This document shows positions 26,240-39,580 of a DNA stretch of 64,000 nucleotides, in pieces. Each line of letters starts with the position of its first letter. Position 1 is the stretch's first letter. Both the position numbers and the translations under genes were made by a program. Under the pieces are notes generated by a model. The model saw only the letters and a program-made list of their open reading frames with translations. It was not told the origin of the DNA and made no database searches. Origin of the DNA: Glaucostegus cemiculus (taxonomy: Eukaryota); the NCBI GenBank assembly GCA_976551045.1, contig CDPCPM010000281.1:10974001-11038000 (forward strand), given 5' to 3'.

Positions 26240-26780
26240 CAGTAACAATGGAGAGGTCTCTCTACACAAAGTGAAAGTCATTGCAAGGATTCTCCTCAAC
26301 TGCCCTCTTCCAGTGGTGAAAAAGTTATTCTCTGAATTTCAATGTGGATTTCATCCATCCAGAGGATCAATGGACATTATCTTCACTGTGCATCAACTAG
26401 AAGTGCAAGCAGTAATATCAACCACAATGCGTAGCTTTCAATTGATCTTTTAAAAGCTTTAGGTTCCATCAGCTGAGAGGGACTTCATCAACAGTGGTCC
26501 TTCCCAAATACAACTACCCTCAAAATTTCTTTTTGTCCCATGACTGCTTCAGGGTGACATACAAGCTGTGATCTCAGCCAACAGATCCACAAAAGACCCA
26601 TTTTCGGTATAGACCGGTGTCTAGGGAGGCTTCTCTCAAATGTTCCTGCTGCATTACAACCTCTCATAACCTGCCTGCTGAAGTGGATCTAAGCTAGAGA
26701 ACAAATGGGAACTGTTCAACTGATGATGCCTCCACTTCAAGGCCAAGGTCACCCCAGTCTCAGTCAATGAGTTTCAGTAT
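26240..26780 (+). mobile_element. RTE (BovB-like) LINE RT fragment
   Basis: KVIARILLN..FSEFQCGFHPSRGSMDIIFT matches the RTE RT motif ESQCGFRP.RGT.DMIF. Confidence 0.85.
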
Positions 26781-26799
26781 TATTTTTTTCTTCTCGTTT

Positions 26800-27990
26800 A
26801 GCAGTCCCACGGAAGACCTTGCTTCCACTCTGGTTTTGAGAGATCTGATGGGGGCTACTAAGGCCAACGTGAGAAGGACAGGGGCAGGAGGTGGCTGACA
26901 GGGTAGGTGGAGGTGAGTAGCTTGTGGTGCACTCCTTCCAGGGTTTCTGTGTGTTCCCAGTGCATAATTTCAAGGTTCTCAATACTGTCACATAAGCTCC
27001 TTCTCCACCTCAGACTGTTGTGGGCCAGAGATTCCAAGGGGTCAGTGAGGAAGTTGCATTGCTTCAGGGAACCTTTGAACACATCCTTAAATCTATTTCA
27101 CTTTCCATCTGGTAAAGGTCAAAGGTGAGAGTGGAAAGGCAGAGGTCAGACATGCAAATGAATGGCCTGCCCACCATAGCTGTCTGAATGTAATAAGGCC
27201 TCAACGTTGGGGTATTGGCTGGGGAGAGAACACTAATCGGTTTGCTTTATCCTACGAGTGTATTTGGAGGGTTTTGCAGAGACGTTTGTGGTATTTTTCC
27301 CCATGCCTGCTATAGGCAGTTCAAGTGTCAGGTGCATAGAGGAGGGCAGGGGTGACCACAGCCTGACCGGCCATGGGCTTTTTGCCAAGTCTCAGGATCC
27401 ACAAATACATTTTGTAGCTGCTCAGACCTGACCAAAGACCGTGCTGGCATCTTGATGCCCTGGTGCATTTCATGACCAATATCTGCCTTTGCTGAGAGAT
27501 GGGCAAGTGCTCCATTGCCCCAGAGTCTCACTGCGATCCATTAATTTTGGAGGCAGTGTGGCGCAGAGATGGGGGAGGATGGGGGGTGGGAGGAAGCAGG
27601 AAGGTCGGTAAAGGATCTTGGTCTCATGGATTGAGTGCAAGACCTGTTCTCTCATACGCTTCAGTGAACGTCAATGTTTTGGAGCTCACTCTCCAAGACT
27701 GTGCCAATGCAAGTGTCTCTGCATCCTGCAGCCCAACTACTGTAGTTCACATGGGTAATCACAACAGTTTTCCATTAGTTCAGAAGATTAGCTCCAATCC
27801 CACGGAAAGTTTGTTGGAGGTGAGGCACGACACTGCAGTACAAAGATTCAGTGAAATGTTGGAAAATGATGCAGCCTTGTTTGACACCCATCTTCACTGA
27901 GGTTAGTTCTGTCAATGACCAGTGGGTTAAAATCATGACTTGCATGCCATCATAAAGCAAACCCCATGGTCTACAGAGCAGCAGTGATCC
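26800..27990 (-). mobile_element. Second RTE LINE copy, antisense, nested in the first
   Basis: VKMGVKQGCII, VVTPALLYAPDT and FKGSLKQCNFLTDPLESLAH..WRRS on the minus strand. Confidence 0.8.
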
Positions 27991-28735
27991 TTATTCTCTT
28001 GCATGCTTCCAGGATATGTACTACCTAGAGCAGGAACTTCAAAGCACCAGAGAGGTTTCACCAATGCTGCCTCCACAAAATCTTCCAAAACCTCTGGCAG
28101 GATAAGCAAACCACTGTCAGTGTCCACGTCAGGACAACATTCCTGTCCAGACAATAGAACAATACAGCACAATACAGGCCCTTCAGCCCACAATGTGCTG
28201 GCGAAACTCAGCAGGTCAAGTAGCATCCGTGGGAAAGAACCCCTGCATCAGGATATCGAACCGAATCATCGCCAATTTCTTTCCTCCCACAGATGCTGCA
28301 TGACCCGCTGAGTTCCTCCAGCACATTGTTTGTTGCTCCAGCATCTGTAGTCTCTTGAGTTTCCATTCCCTGCACTGAGAATGACACCCTGACAGCTCTG
28401 ATGAGCAGCCAAGTGAGCAGAGGGATTAATTCAAGAGGTTCTCAAAACCTCCATGGAAAAGCATAACTTCCGCACTGCTCACAATAAAGATGGAGCATTT
28501 GGAATGGTACTGAGAACATTGAGGCATCTCATCAGGAACATGCAAGAGCCTAAATTAATGGTGGAAGGACAACACTGCTTCTCAGAGTACCCACTCTCTG
28601 ATCAAATATCTCCTGCCCTATCCGTGGCTGGGTCTGTGGGCTCCATATGGGCCTCATCAGCAAGCAACCTCAGAACCCACAGGATGGATTGGAAGCAAAT
28701 CATTCCTGAGTCTAAGAGACTGCCTGAGGAGAAGA
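27990..28735 (+). mobile_element. RTE LINE C-terminal continuation and 3' end (interrupted at ~28150-28365)
   Basis: ttcaccaatgctgcctccacaaaatcttcc (HQxCLxKIL-like) and the 3' end ggcctcatcagcaagcaacctcagaacccac...cctgag. Confidence 0.75.
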
Positions 28736-28774
28736 ATTTGACAGAGCTTAGGCGCCAATGCTGAAATGAATTCT

Positions 28775-29620
28775 CAGACTTGGTAAATTGGTTCATTATT
28801 GTCACATGTACTGAGGTACAGTGAAAAAAAGCTTTGTTTTGCATGCCATCCATACAGATAATTTTATCATATTAGTACATTAAGGTTGTACAAGGGAAAA
28901 ACAGAATGCAGAATATAGTGTTACGGTTACAGAGAAAGTGCAGTGCAGGTAGACAATAAGGTGCAAAAGCCATGACAAGGTAGATTGTAAGATCAAGAGT
29001 CCATCTTATCATCTAAGCAGACCATTCAATAGTCTTATAACAGTGGGATAGAACCTGGTAGTATGCGTTTTCAGGCTTTTGTATCTTCTGCCTGATGGGA
29101 GGGGGGAGAAGAGAGAATGTCCAGGGTCAGTGAGGTCTTTGATTATGTTGGCTGCTTTACCAAGGCAGCTAGAAGTGTAGACAGAGTCCATGGAGGGGAG
29201 GCTGGTTTCTGTGATGTGCTGAGCTGTGTCCACAACTCTCTGCAGTCTCTTGTGGTCTCAGGCAAATCAGTTGCCAAACCAAGCCATGATACATCCAGAT
29301 AGGATGCTTTCTATGGTGCGTCTATAAAAATTGGTGAGGGTCAGCGGGAACATGCCCAATTTCTTTACCCTCCCGAGAAAGTAGAGGTGCTGGTGAGCTT
29401 TGGCCGTGGTGTTTACATGGTTGAACAGGCTATTGGTGATGTTCACTGCTAGGAATTTGAAGGTCTCAACCTTGGCACCATTGATGTAAACAGGAGCATG
29501 TGCACTGCCCCCACCCCCTTCCTGAAGTCAATGACCAGCTCTTTAGTTTTGCTGACACTGAGGGAAAGGTTGCTGTCATGATGCCATATCACTAGGCTCT
29601 CCTTCCTGTACTTGGTTTAG
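28775..29620 (-). mobile_element. Rex1/Babar LINE 3' portion
   Basis: DTAQHITETSLPSMDSVYTSSCLGKAANIIKD..HSLFSPLPSGRRYKSL. Confidence 0.9.
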
Positions 29621-30249
29621 ATCCATCTGAAGTAGCAGAAATGTTAAATTATTTTCAATAAGCTGGTCTGTGGGCACCTTTGAAAGCACCGAGTAGAAAT
29701 TGCTGAAACTTAATTCACAGCCGGATCATATGATTTCCCATCTCAGTGCAGTTTCCACAATAGCAGAAATATCAAAGCCAACCAAGAATAAAAGAAAGAG
29801 AATTGTATTTTAAGTAGGCCTGGTTCATGAAAGAAAAATGATTGATTTATGAAAAAGGGTGAGCAGTCATTAAAATGCACTAATACCAAGATTCCAGAAT
29901 GACTGATGATTTAAAGTATCAGGCTGCCCAGTCTACATGTTCAGCTCCTGCCATGCTTAGTTGTGGCTTTCTGATATACAGTATCTTGGCTTATTCCCAG
30001 TAGCTACTTACACCGGTCAGCCACAAGGTCTTTATAATCATAACTACCAGGATAGGTCGGAAGCTAGGACCCCTACATGGCTTTGCACAGTAATAGTTGC
30101 AATTATAGCTGAAAGCAGTATGAAGCCCTATATTACTCCAAAGGACCATCTTTCTAAGAGGTAATAGCCAAGAGGATGTCAGTTATTTGGATATCCACAA
30201 TCTTCTGAATTCTCACTTGTTGAAGCAACTATTTCCAACCCCATGAAAT

Positions 30250-30400
30250 AAGACAGTCGATGTTTTGGTTTGAGAGCTTTCATCCGGACTGGAAATGTTG
30301 ACTGTCCATTTCCCACCATAGATGCTGCCTGAACTGTTGAGTCCTCCCAGCATTTTGTTTGTTGCTCCAGATTCCAGCATTTGCAGTCTCTTGAGTCCCC
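30250..30400 (+). mobile_element. Penelope-like terminal fragment (partial palindrome)
   Basis: gacagtcgatgttttg...gaaatgttgactgtc...agatgctgcctga...ccagattccagcatttgcagtctcttg. Confidence 0.7.
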
Positions 30401-31269
30401 AGAAAATTATAATTGGTGTGATCCCACAAAAAGTTCATGAATGTTGTAATGGGGCCCAAGAGGAAAAGAAAGACAAATTTTAAAATAAAATGCTTGTGTA
30501 ACCTGAGGAAAACACGAGAAATGTGTACCATCGACTCAGTGTATAGGTGAGCTGTCTTTAAAAAAACTACCTTCAATATGCGATCAGGTTGACAGGTGTT
30601 CAGCACAGTGTTAAATGTAGAAATGTAATCCATGAGGAAGGATATGGAACTATACAATCTTTTTATGATCATTTTAATTGCCATCGACTAGGGAATATTG
30701 GAGTTTAATCCATTTTAAGGACATCTTGCCCATTTCACAAACCAACCATGAATTTGCTTTGAAGGAAAAGTATAATGAGACCCCTTATGCTTAGTTTACT
30801 TTGGTATGATGGCCACAGTGGAAAAAAAAAGCACATTCATTTGGGACCCCTTAAATCAGGCTGCAGTACATAGGATTTTCCTTTCTTCACTCTACAGGAT
30901 GTGGATATTACGGGCCGAATTGCTCTCATGGTTGGTGTTAAATTAATTTTTGTTCACTTTTGAGTGCAAAATCCACAGAATATATAATCTCTAAAGCAGG
31001 AGATTTTAGTTTTCTTTTAAAAATCACATTGCCTTAATGCATTTTGTATTTAAATTCTTTTAATCTTGTTTGTATTTTTGCAGTTTAAAGCTACAAGTGT
31101 AGATAATTAGTCTCAAGTCTCTCATGGAATCGAATAACCAGCTGGAACTAGTTAATGGAAGTCAGGTGGATCAAGTGTCATTACCTGGGAATACAAATCC
31201 ATGGGTCCAGCTAAAATCACAATGTATTTTTACTACAATATTCTGGGAGTGTACATACTAGTCAGCAAG

Positions 31270-31960
31270 ATATTCCAAGGAAAGCATGACAAGATACACA
31301 TGTTGGAGCTGTAATATGGTGGAAGCCATTGGGATCTGTGGTGACCACATCTGCGGTAAGCAACTGTGGCTTGAGAAACTTTGATAAGGAGATGATGTTC
31401 AGAAACTGTGATGCATCAGGAAGTGAACAGGGGGAGGAGTGGAGAAGAGAGGCAGTCACATCCCTTGGATTCAATACTATAGAAATGAGCAATCATGAGG
31501 CATAGGAGGGTATGATTCGGGGTGAGGCAGAAATGAGGATCAGAAAGCACTATTGCAAGAGTCACAGTCCTTGCATTTGTCCAATGGGTACAAGGTTCTT
31601 GCAGACTGTGTGGATGAGAGCAGGGTGCATGTGCAAACTGACCACAGCATTGTGGTATCAGGGTTCATTCATACTGGGGGAGTGAAGAGGAATGTAATGA
31701 TAAAGAGAGACAGTAAAATTCACAGGCTGGATACAGTACTCTCCAGCCATGAGCACGAGTCCCGCAGACTGCATTGTTTTCCCAGTGCCAGCATTAAGGA
31801 CATAACCTTGGGGCTTGAGAGGAACTTGTAGAATGGGAAAGACCCAGCTGTCACGGCCCATGCAGGAACCAATGACATAGATAGGACAAAGGAGATGCTT
31901 CTGAAGGAGTACGAGCAGCTTGGGTTCAAACTTAAACAGCAGAACTAAAACGATGATCTC
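31270..31960 (+). mobile_element. CR1 LINE ORF1 (SGNH/GDSL esterase) remnant
   Basis: RDSKIHRLDTVL..HESRRLHCFPSASIKDI..LERNL, then HAGTNDI: GDS / CLPGA / HVGTND esterase motifs of CR1 ORF1p. Confidence 0.85.
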
Positions 31961-34900
31961 ATCTGTCCTGAATGTCCAACACTTTACTAATCCTAGATGC
32001 TCCAATTAGGGGAAAATCATCAACCCTTCATCTCCCCTTTCAAGCCTCTTAGGAATTTTGTACATTTCAGTGACCTCATTCTGCTGCACTTGAGTTTCTG
32101 TCCAGTCTGTTTAATCTCTCTGACAAAGGGTATTTGACCTGAAACACTTACACTGTTTCTTTTCCCACTACTGCAGCCTGACCTGTTTTTTAAATATTAA
32201 CCACTTTTGTGTCTGCTTAAGCTTTGCTCCTGCAATTGACATGCCATTTCAGGAAACAGTTACCACACCACCTCTACCCCAAAAGGTAGTGAATCTTTGT
32301 AATGCTCTTCTCCAAAGGAATATGGAGGCTGAGTCACTGAGCTTATTGAAGACCAACTGAAATATTTTTTACGATATAAAAAGGGATTTGAAGGATACAG
32401 GGAGAAAGCACAGCAGTGGAACTAAGGTAAAAGATCAGCCATGATCTGTCTGAGCTTTGGAGCAGGCACAAGGGACCAATGACGTATTACTTTGTTGATG
32501 CTCGAGCCAGAGCAGTCCTTTGGTGAATGTCCTCCCACGGTGTATGGAGTTCCAGAACTAGAGACGATGAGGGAACAAGGGCAAGATATAGAATGGTGTA
32601 AAGCAGGACATTGGGGCACAAAGGGAAAGTGTTTAAAGATGACAGAACAAGAGAACAAGGACATGCAAATATAGCCACACACAAAAGCATGCAAGGAACA
32701 CTGAAACTGAACAAAACTTTAATTGCACTGCAACCAAGTATTTTGTACTCGACAGTTGGAATGGCCTGGTGAAAGAACAGATTTATGGCAGTGCCAAGGT
32801 TTGGTATTGAAGCTCGAGTAATCTAAGAGAGGTATTCGGGATCATGTATTATGGAAGTACATAGTTTCTGTAGGGCAATGAAATAGTATTGAGAGGATAC
32901 ATGGTTTAGATATTTTAAAAAGTTAAACATTAAAGAAACAAACCTTAAGTAGGCATTTAGTCAATGGAATTACTTGTCACAGACAACTAATGCATTTTGG
33001 TTTTTTTTTTACAAAGGATTTTGATATTTGAAAAGCAAGGAGAATCATGTCAGTGAAGGTTCCAAAATGTTACAGTATTTTTTCCACATACCATTCTATA
33101 AATACCTAAAATTACCATTATCTTCACGTGCACTCTGCACAACTCTATCACCTCCCAGTTATTGGATCACTTCCAGCCACAACCACCAACACTGCAGGCA
33201 CCATTTTAATTGTCTCCAAAGCAGAGGAACAGATCTGCAGCAAGGGGAATCTGAAAGATCTCTGAAAGCAGGCATTTCAGTGTATTATGCACAGTCCCTA
33301 CTCATTCAACATAACTCAACATAATAAAAGTAATTAACAGAGTGGGTACAACTTAAAACTGATTTTGATGAGTACAGTCTTGAGCCAAAAGCAACAGGAT
33401 GTTTTTCCTCCTGTATCAATTGGCATTTATTCATTTCCTTCAGGACAAGACCCAGATGAGCTGGTCTTAAAGGTGTGGGAATCACCTCATCGAAATCAAA
33501 AGTGGGACAAGAGCCAGTTTAAAAATAAAACCAAGGTGTGGCCCAGCCATCTTTTTTGAAGGGGCAGAATTTATTGTGGATATAGTCATGTAACAGTTTT
33601 ATAAAACATGAAACCTTCATGGCCTTGCTTTGAGGCATCAATCTAATTCTGAACCTATATTCTAGCTCAGAGTTATTAACTTACTTTAAACATTTTATTC
33701 AAAACTTACTGTCAATTATTCTCTAGACTGACAGATTGGATGGTGTTATACCATTGAGTGGGTTCCTGATGCTGGTAGCAAAGATCGACTCCCCATAGAT
33801 TGAGCAACAAGGTTTCTAACATCCTAGTTGCATTGTCTAGCCTGACACTACAGCTCATAACTAATCCAGATGGGGCACTCATTCAGGAGGAGAGACCTCA
33901 GGCTGAATGAATCCCATCATTATAGCCACCATTCCCCTTCCTACCTGCGCACATCCCTCCTCATTGATGCACTCTCCTTGTGACTTTCTGCGGCTACAAA
34001 TGGGACAAGCACAACCAATTAATTCTACCTCCTCCTACAAGTAGGTCAGCAAGACAAATTGTTCCATCACCTGTATGAATTTCATAGAAAAAGGTGTTTT
34101 GTTCTCTTTTAAGGGATGTTAAGATTCAAGACTCTCAATCTCAAATTTCTCCAGGAACTAAAATAGTCAATCTTCCATAACTGTTTGAAGTATTTTCAAC
34201 AAAATGAAACCAGATCAATCCATGCTTGGGCGAGTGAATGTTAAAGACTTCAAAACCACAAACCAGTCCAGCTAAACACATTTCATTGCAATGAATGACA
34301 AAATAAATTATCAATAGAAGATGCATTAATTCCTCGATTTGGCTTGTGCCTAGAAAATGTGTTAAGTGCAATTTTGTGAATCAAAAAGACTTTGTGAAAT
34401 CCATTGATACAATGTATTCACATGTCAGAGAGTAACACACTATTCACTACAGTGAAAGAGCATTGTTTAATCAAAGACATACAACCCCCCAAAATAATCA
34501 ATAATAATGTTTCAGCAGATTCATAAATTGAACGTTCATAAATCAGTCTTCAGCGCCACTGAAGCAATGCAATTTTGATGAGGAAATCAAATAGATTACT
34601 GTTCTTTTTTAAATATATTAATGAAAATGCACAAAAAAGCAATGTGGAAACGAGCCAGTGACCAAGCAATATTTTTAATTGCCAAGGAATAAATGTTTTA
34701 CCACTGTTTACACTGCAGCAAACATTAACGTGCATTTATTTTTTTGTAATTCAAAAGGAATTTCTAGCCAAACATTCTTAATAACAGATGTGCTTATTGT
34801 TTAGAAGAGACGGGAATGAGAAAAAGCCGAGAGATTCTCCAAAGTGGTTTAAACTAATCACAATAAAAATACTGTGCTGGCAAAATATTCCTTTTACAAA

Positions 34901-36259
34901 CCTTCTTCATAACAGTCACATGAGTTTGGAGATAAGCAAAGGGAGACAGGTATCTGCATTTAGCTAGGTTTTTGTTTAATAATTAAAGTAATGCAAATAG
35001 AAAGAAAGCTTCAATCTTTCTGAAAGAATAGGCAACATTTTTAATCCTTTAGAGCATGTTGACTCTAGGGTATAAATTGTAGACAGTTTTGTCTTAGCAC
35101 TCACTTGAATGCAGATGAGACAATTTCAAATCAGCTCAGACCAACCAGAATACTTTGAGAATGCATTAAGACAGAAGTCAGAAGATTCTTGCCCCAGGCT
35201 CTATTTCCTAATCCTGGTACACCCAATTAATTGGAGTAAATCAGATGGATTCAAATGGAAAATTGTGAAGAATTTCATCATGCTAGATCTCCAATCAGTT
35301 TGCATTTTGCGTAGCACCTGTGAATGGGAATATTGGTACTGAACACAAATTAACTACCATTTATCTAAGTACTAATCTGGAGATACAATCTCCTGTTGTT
35401 GGAACATCACAATAATTAACAGTTGAGAGGAATTGTTGTAAATAAGTTGATCCTATAGGTTTAAAATGGCTCAATTGCTTACTTCTCCCCCTAGAACTAT
35501 CTTCCTTTCTTCACTATCACAATCATATTCCCAATGGAAAGAAATGTAATCCAGACCTTTGAGAGAAGCAGGAAAGATGGCAAAGGTACAAGAACAGATG
35601 AAGCAGAAGCCATACAGCCCTGGAGTCTTGTCCGCCATTCATTAAGTCCACAGCTAACCCTGGGCCAAGTTCACTTTGTTGCCTGATTCTGTGCAATTTC
35701 CAAGATCTCCAATCATCTCAGACTTGAATATACTCATGCAATGAACATTCAGGAGCTAGTGTTCCAGAGATTTACCTGAAGGAATAACCCATCTCAGCAC
35801 TAAATGGATGTCCTCTCATTAGCCGCTATACAAAAGGTTCTCTGTGCCAATTTGCTATTCTCAGTATTTCTGCATCTTCAGACCAAGGAGAGCATTTCTT
35901 TGGGAAAACAAGTGGTTCTTGCAGAGAGTCCTATTCCAAAGAAGCCTGAGCAGTAGACAGGATGGCATCACTAAGAGATGTGAATGCCAGATTTAGCACT
36001 CCACATGCAGCCCCATCACCTCAACCTACAGTAAACAGATGGGTAGGCGCTGGCTGCTTCACTGTTTGTCTGCAGGGCTCTTTACTTGCACCTCATTTGC
36101 TTTCTCTTGATTCTGTTGTCTCTTTATTCCTTAGCCTGTTCAGTCTTGTCAAAGGTCCCAATCAAAATCTGGACCATCACTCTGCTACTGTGCTTGAGTA
36201 AAACTCTTTCCCGTAAGTGAGCAAAACTAAACATAATTAGGTTAACTGTGGCAAAAACT

Positions 36260-37430
36260 TGATGAAAGGTGGTCTCTAACAACCATTACACTCTGGAGTT
36301 CCTGAACATCAAGCATTTCTAAAGCAAAGTAAATAACTTTTATTAAAGAATTAGTTTGTCTAATTATACCCTCCATATGCTTCAATAACATTTCAAAGAA
36401 AAATGAAGGTTATTCAGGAAAAGGGACAGTGGGCCTGGTGGAACATAGAACCATGAGACACAATAGTCTCCTCCTGTGTTGTAAACCTCAATATCTTTGG
36501 ACAATTGATGTGTATGCCTTGCCCCTGCAGAGTGAGCGGCTGGCTGTCCTCCAGCAGCTCCCATCACTGCTGGGGTGACGTCCCATCCAGTCATTTTGGC
36601 CAGTGATGTCAAACTGCATCATCAATGCAGCTGGACGATCCGGCAGTGCCGTCAGCAGACTGGACAGCATCTCCAGACCTCTGACAGAAACGGTTAAAGA
36701 TGCAAAGTTGTGAGATGCCTCATCAACCCTGCACGTGGAGCAGGGCAGCAATTCACCTGGGAGAGACTGGATGGCTCAAGCCAGTCTTGGAAGACTGGAC
36801 TTCGTCTTTGTGTCAAAAGTAATAACTGTCAGATCCACCAACTACTGCCTCCTTTGGGCTGACTGTCACCTGCAGAAGACCAGAGGCAGGCAGGAGGATG
36901 TGGAAGTTGGACACAAGGCTGCTGAGCCCAGAGAACATCGAGGAACTTAAAAGTGACTATGCAGGTTGTAGAACTGTGAAGCTCTCTGACTCCAAGGTGG
37001 AAAGCCACTAAGGTGAAAATCAAAAAGTTCTTCATTCTCAAAGGTGTTCAGAAAGTAAGACAGAGTCAGGGGGAATTGTGTCAACTCTATGCAGACCTGC
37101 AGAATCTTCTCCTTCTGCAGTCGAGGGAGGTGGATGGGAGGGAGGAACCACTCTGCCTCAGAATACCCCAAGATCATCTTCTGATCCAGAGTCCACCTCA
37201 TGGAATAGGATGAGATGTGCTCAAATTACTTCTTCCAAAAGGATCACAGGGGGAGCTCTTCCACAGGAAGAGGATGGCTCAGTAATATCCTCACAGATGG
37301 ACATATTGAGGATTTGTACATCCTTCTATACTGATCTGTATGACAGAAAGGCCACAGACAGCAAGCCTGCCAGAACCTCCCATCCTCTATTAGGGGATCT
37401 TAGTTGATAGCGAGAGGGAAAGTCTAAACA
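36260..37430 (+). mobile_element. Tx1-like (L1 clade) LINE ORF2 endonuclease and linker fragment
   Basis: ILASD(F)NCI-like motif, RLDFVFVSK, CLLWADCHL, KIKKFFILKGVQK, EEDGSVISSQMDILRICTSFYTDLYD. Confidence 0.85.
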
Positions 37431-37456
37431 CAGCCACTGGATCCATCTGTTCTCCA

Positions 37457-37592
37457 GAGACACACGAGACTACACATGCTGGAACGTGGAGCAAAAAAAA
37501 ACAATCTGCTGGAGGAATTCAGCGGGTCAGGCAGCATCTGTGGAGGGAAAGGAATTGCCAACATTTCAGTTGAGACCCTGCATCAGGAGTCC
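37457..37592 (-). mobile_element. Penelope-like terminal fragment
   Basis: gagacacacgagactacacatgctggaa...ctgctggaggaattcagcgggtcaggcagcatctgtggagggaaagg...gaccctgcatcagga. Confidence 0.75.
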
Positions 37593-37689
37593 TGAACTAA
37601 AGCCATGCTTTATTTCTTGTGTATATTTTTGTGAATGAAATTTATTTTGAAATAAAAAAAAGTTTTGGTGATGTACCAGGACTTGTATG

Positions 37690-38290
37690 GACAGAACAAC
37701 ACAGGTGAACATTTGTCTCAGAGTCCATATTGGCTCTGAGTCACCTAGTCAGTCCTATACTACAGCGTCATGCAAACAGCCCTGAAAGTTTATTTCCCCT
37801 GTTCCTATCCAATTTCCATTTGAAATCATTGATAGTTTCTTAATCTTATCTAAATTGGTCATGATCTTGTACATATTCATTGAATTCCCCCCTCATCCTG
37901 TTTCTTAGGAGAACAACCCCAGCCTCACTATGCAGCTAAAATCCTTCAATCCTAGAACTACTTTGCTTTATCACCTTTGCTTCCCCTTACAAACCTTCAC
38001 CTCCATCCTAAAGGTGACCAGAAATCGATGCAATACCCTGGTTTTTGCCTGGCCAGAGCTTCATTAAGATTCAACACCACTTTTCTGCTTTTGTATTTGA
38101 TGATTCCATACCAAAGGTCCCATCACTGAAGGTGGCAGCTAATGTTGTAGCCTGCCACCTTCAATGATATGTTGACATGAATCACCAGATCTATTTCTCC
38201 AACATCTTCAGAACTTGCTAAGTCTATATTGCCCATTCAGCTGACTTATGTCCTGTTCAAGTTGATTGATACTATCCTCACCATTGACCA
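37690..38290 (-). mobile_element. CR1 LINE 3' fragment, old
   Basis: Reverse-complement CR1 features (aaggagaacaaccccagc-like, ggtgaccagaa, ccactttcctgcttttgta-like). Confidence 0.6.
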
Positions 38291-38878
38291 CACCTCTAAA
38301 TTTGAGCCTCTCCTAACTTGTTGTTGCTTATTTATTTTCCCTTCAAAGTAGAGAGCCAGTAAGTTAATTGGCTGTGTTAGCTGAGGAATATTACAGAGTA
38401 ATTACTGCTGTTGTCAGTGGGTGCTAGCCTCACCCAGAGACAATCTTCAATCTTCAGACCAAAATAAAACTAAAATTTTTAGACAGGACTTCTTCAAACA
38501 GCAGCTTCCAGTAATAACAGTTAATATGAAATCAGTTCATACCACTTTATCACATTGTTATATTCTCACTTCCTTTTGTTATATCTTAAAAAGATGAAGG
38601 CAGAGTTCATACATTTCCTTCGAGCCTGCTAAGTGCACGTCTGCAAACAGAGCTCAGCTAAATTGGTGCCTATCAAAGATCAAAAGAGCTACAGAAGATA
38701 AGTCCCCAAATGCACTATGAACTCTCCTGCCTTGGAAGAGGACAACTATCAAGTATATACATTCAATTATATACACACGAGTTATATAATCTTTACAGGC
38801 TGCATCTTGAGCTGCAATAAAATCCCACCGCACCTACGACTGTTTAAAGTTCTCTGCTTCAAATCACAACCATCTCAC

Positions 38879-38956
38879 CTGCTCAAAGAACTCATCCATG
38901 AAGTGGTCTCTGTCCACATTAACGCTGACTTCATCATCATCATCGCTGTCCTTTGC
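38879..38956 (-). CDS. stx1a: Syntaxin-1A exon 2 (AKDSDDDDEVSVNVDRDHFMDEFFEQ)
   Basis: tttcacag|GCAAAGGACAGC...TTTGAGCAG|gtgaga; 78 nt, phase 0-0, 26 codons as in STX1A (STX1B is one residue shorter here). Confidence 0.97.
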
Positions 38957-39419
38957 CTGTGAAATAATGAATAATGGTTACAGCACAATCAGGAGTGTAG
39001 CCCCAAAACTCAAGATCTGGGATATGAGAATCACCATCAGTCTTAAGAAGAAAATAAAAATACACCATTAATAACTTCTTTCAGTTGAGGTACAACCAGT
39101 AATAGGGCACAAACTAGAAAGTGCGATCTTCTCATGGGAGCCTGAGCTCATACATAACATTTCCATAAAACTAAGAGTTTTTAAAAAATGGCAGAAATGA
39201 TTAAGAGTGGGGTTAGTTTGATGAATTTAAACACTAGTTGAAATTTTTCCCCTGTTGAAGCCGGAAATAAGACAACCCCTTCCACTTGTTTATTAATCCT
39301 CACCAACGTGGATACCCCTCACAAAATGGGAGGGCAGCATTTTGGATGTTATTGAGAATGTCAAATTCATTGGTACACGCAGACACACATGCACACACAC
39401 AAAGTCCAGTGTGGACGAT

Positions 39420-39580
39420 GGAAAACGGCTGTCCACCTGCCCTTTCTGTCATGCAGCTCCTGGCTCCACCCTTGTAGCAGAGTCTGCAAGTCCCACATTA
39501 GCCTCATCAGTCACTTCAGCATATGCAGAGCTGGAGGTGAAGTCATCCTCAGTCCTGAGGGACAACCCGAGGAGGTGGTC
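39420..39580 (+). mobile_element. RTE LINE 3' end (a similar one lies at 40340-40520)
   Basis: CSRVCKSHISLISHF, the C-terminal zinc-finger-like motif of RTE, followed by gtcatcctcagtcctgaggga. Confidence 0.65.
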
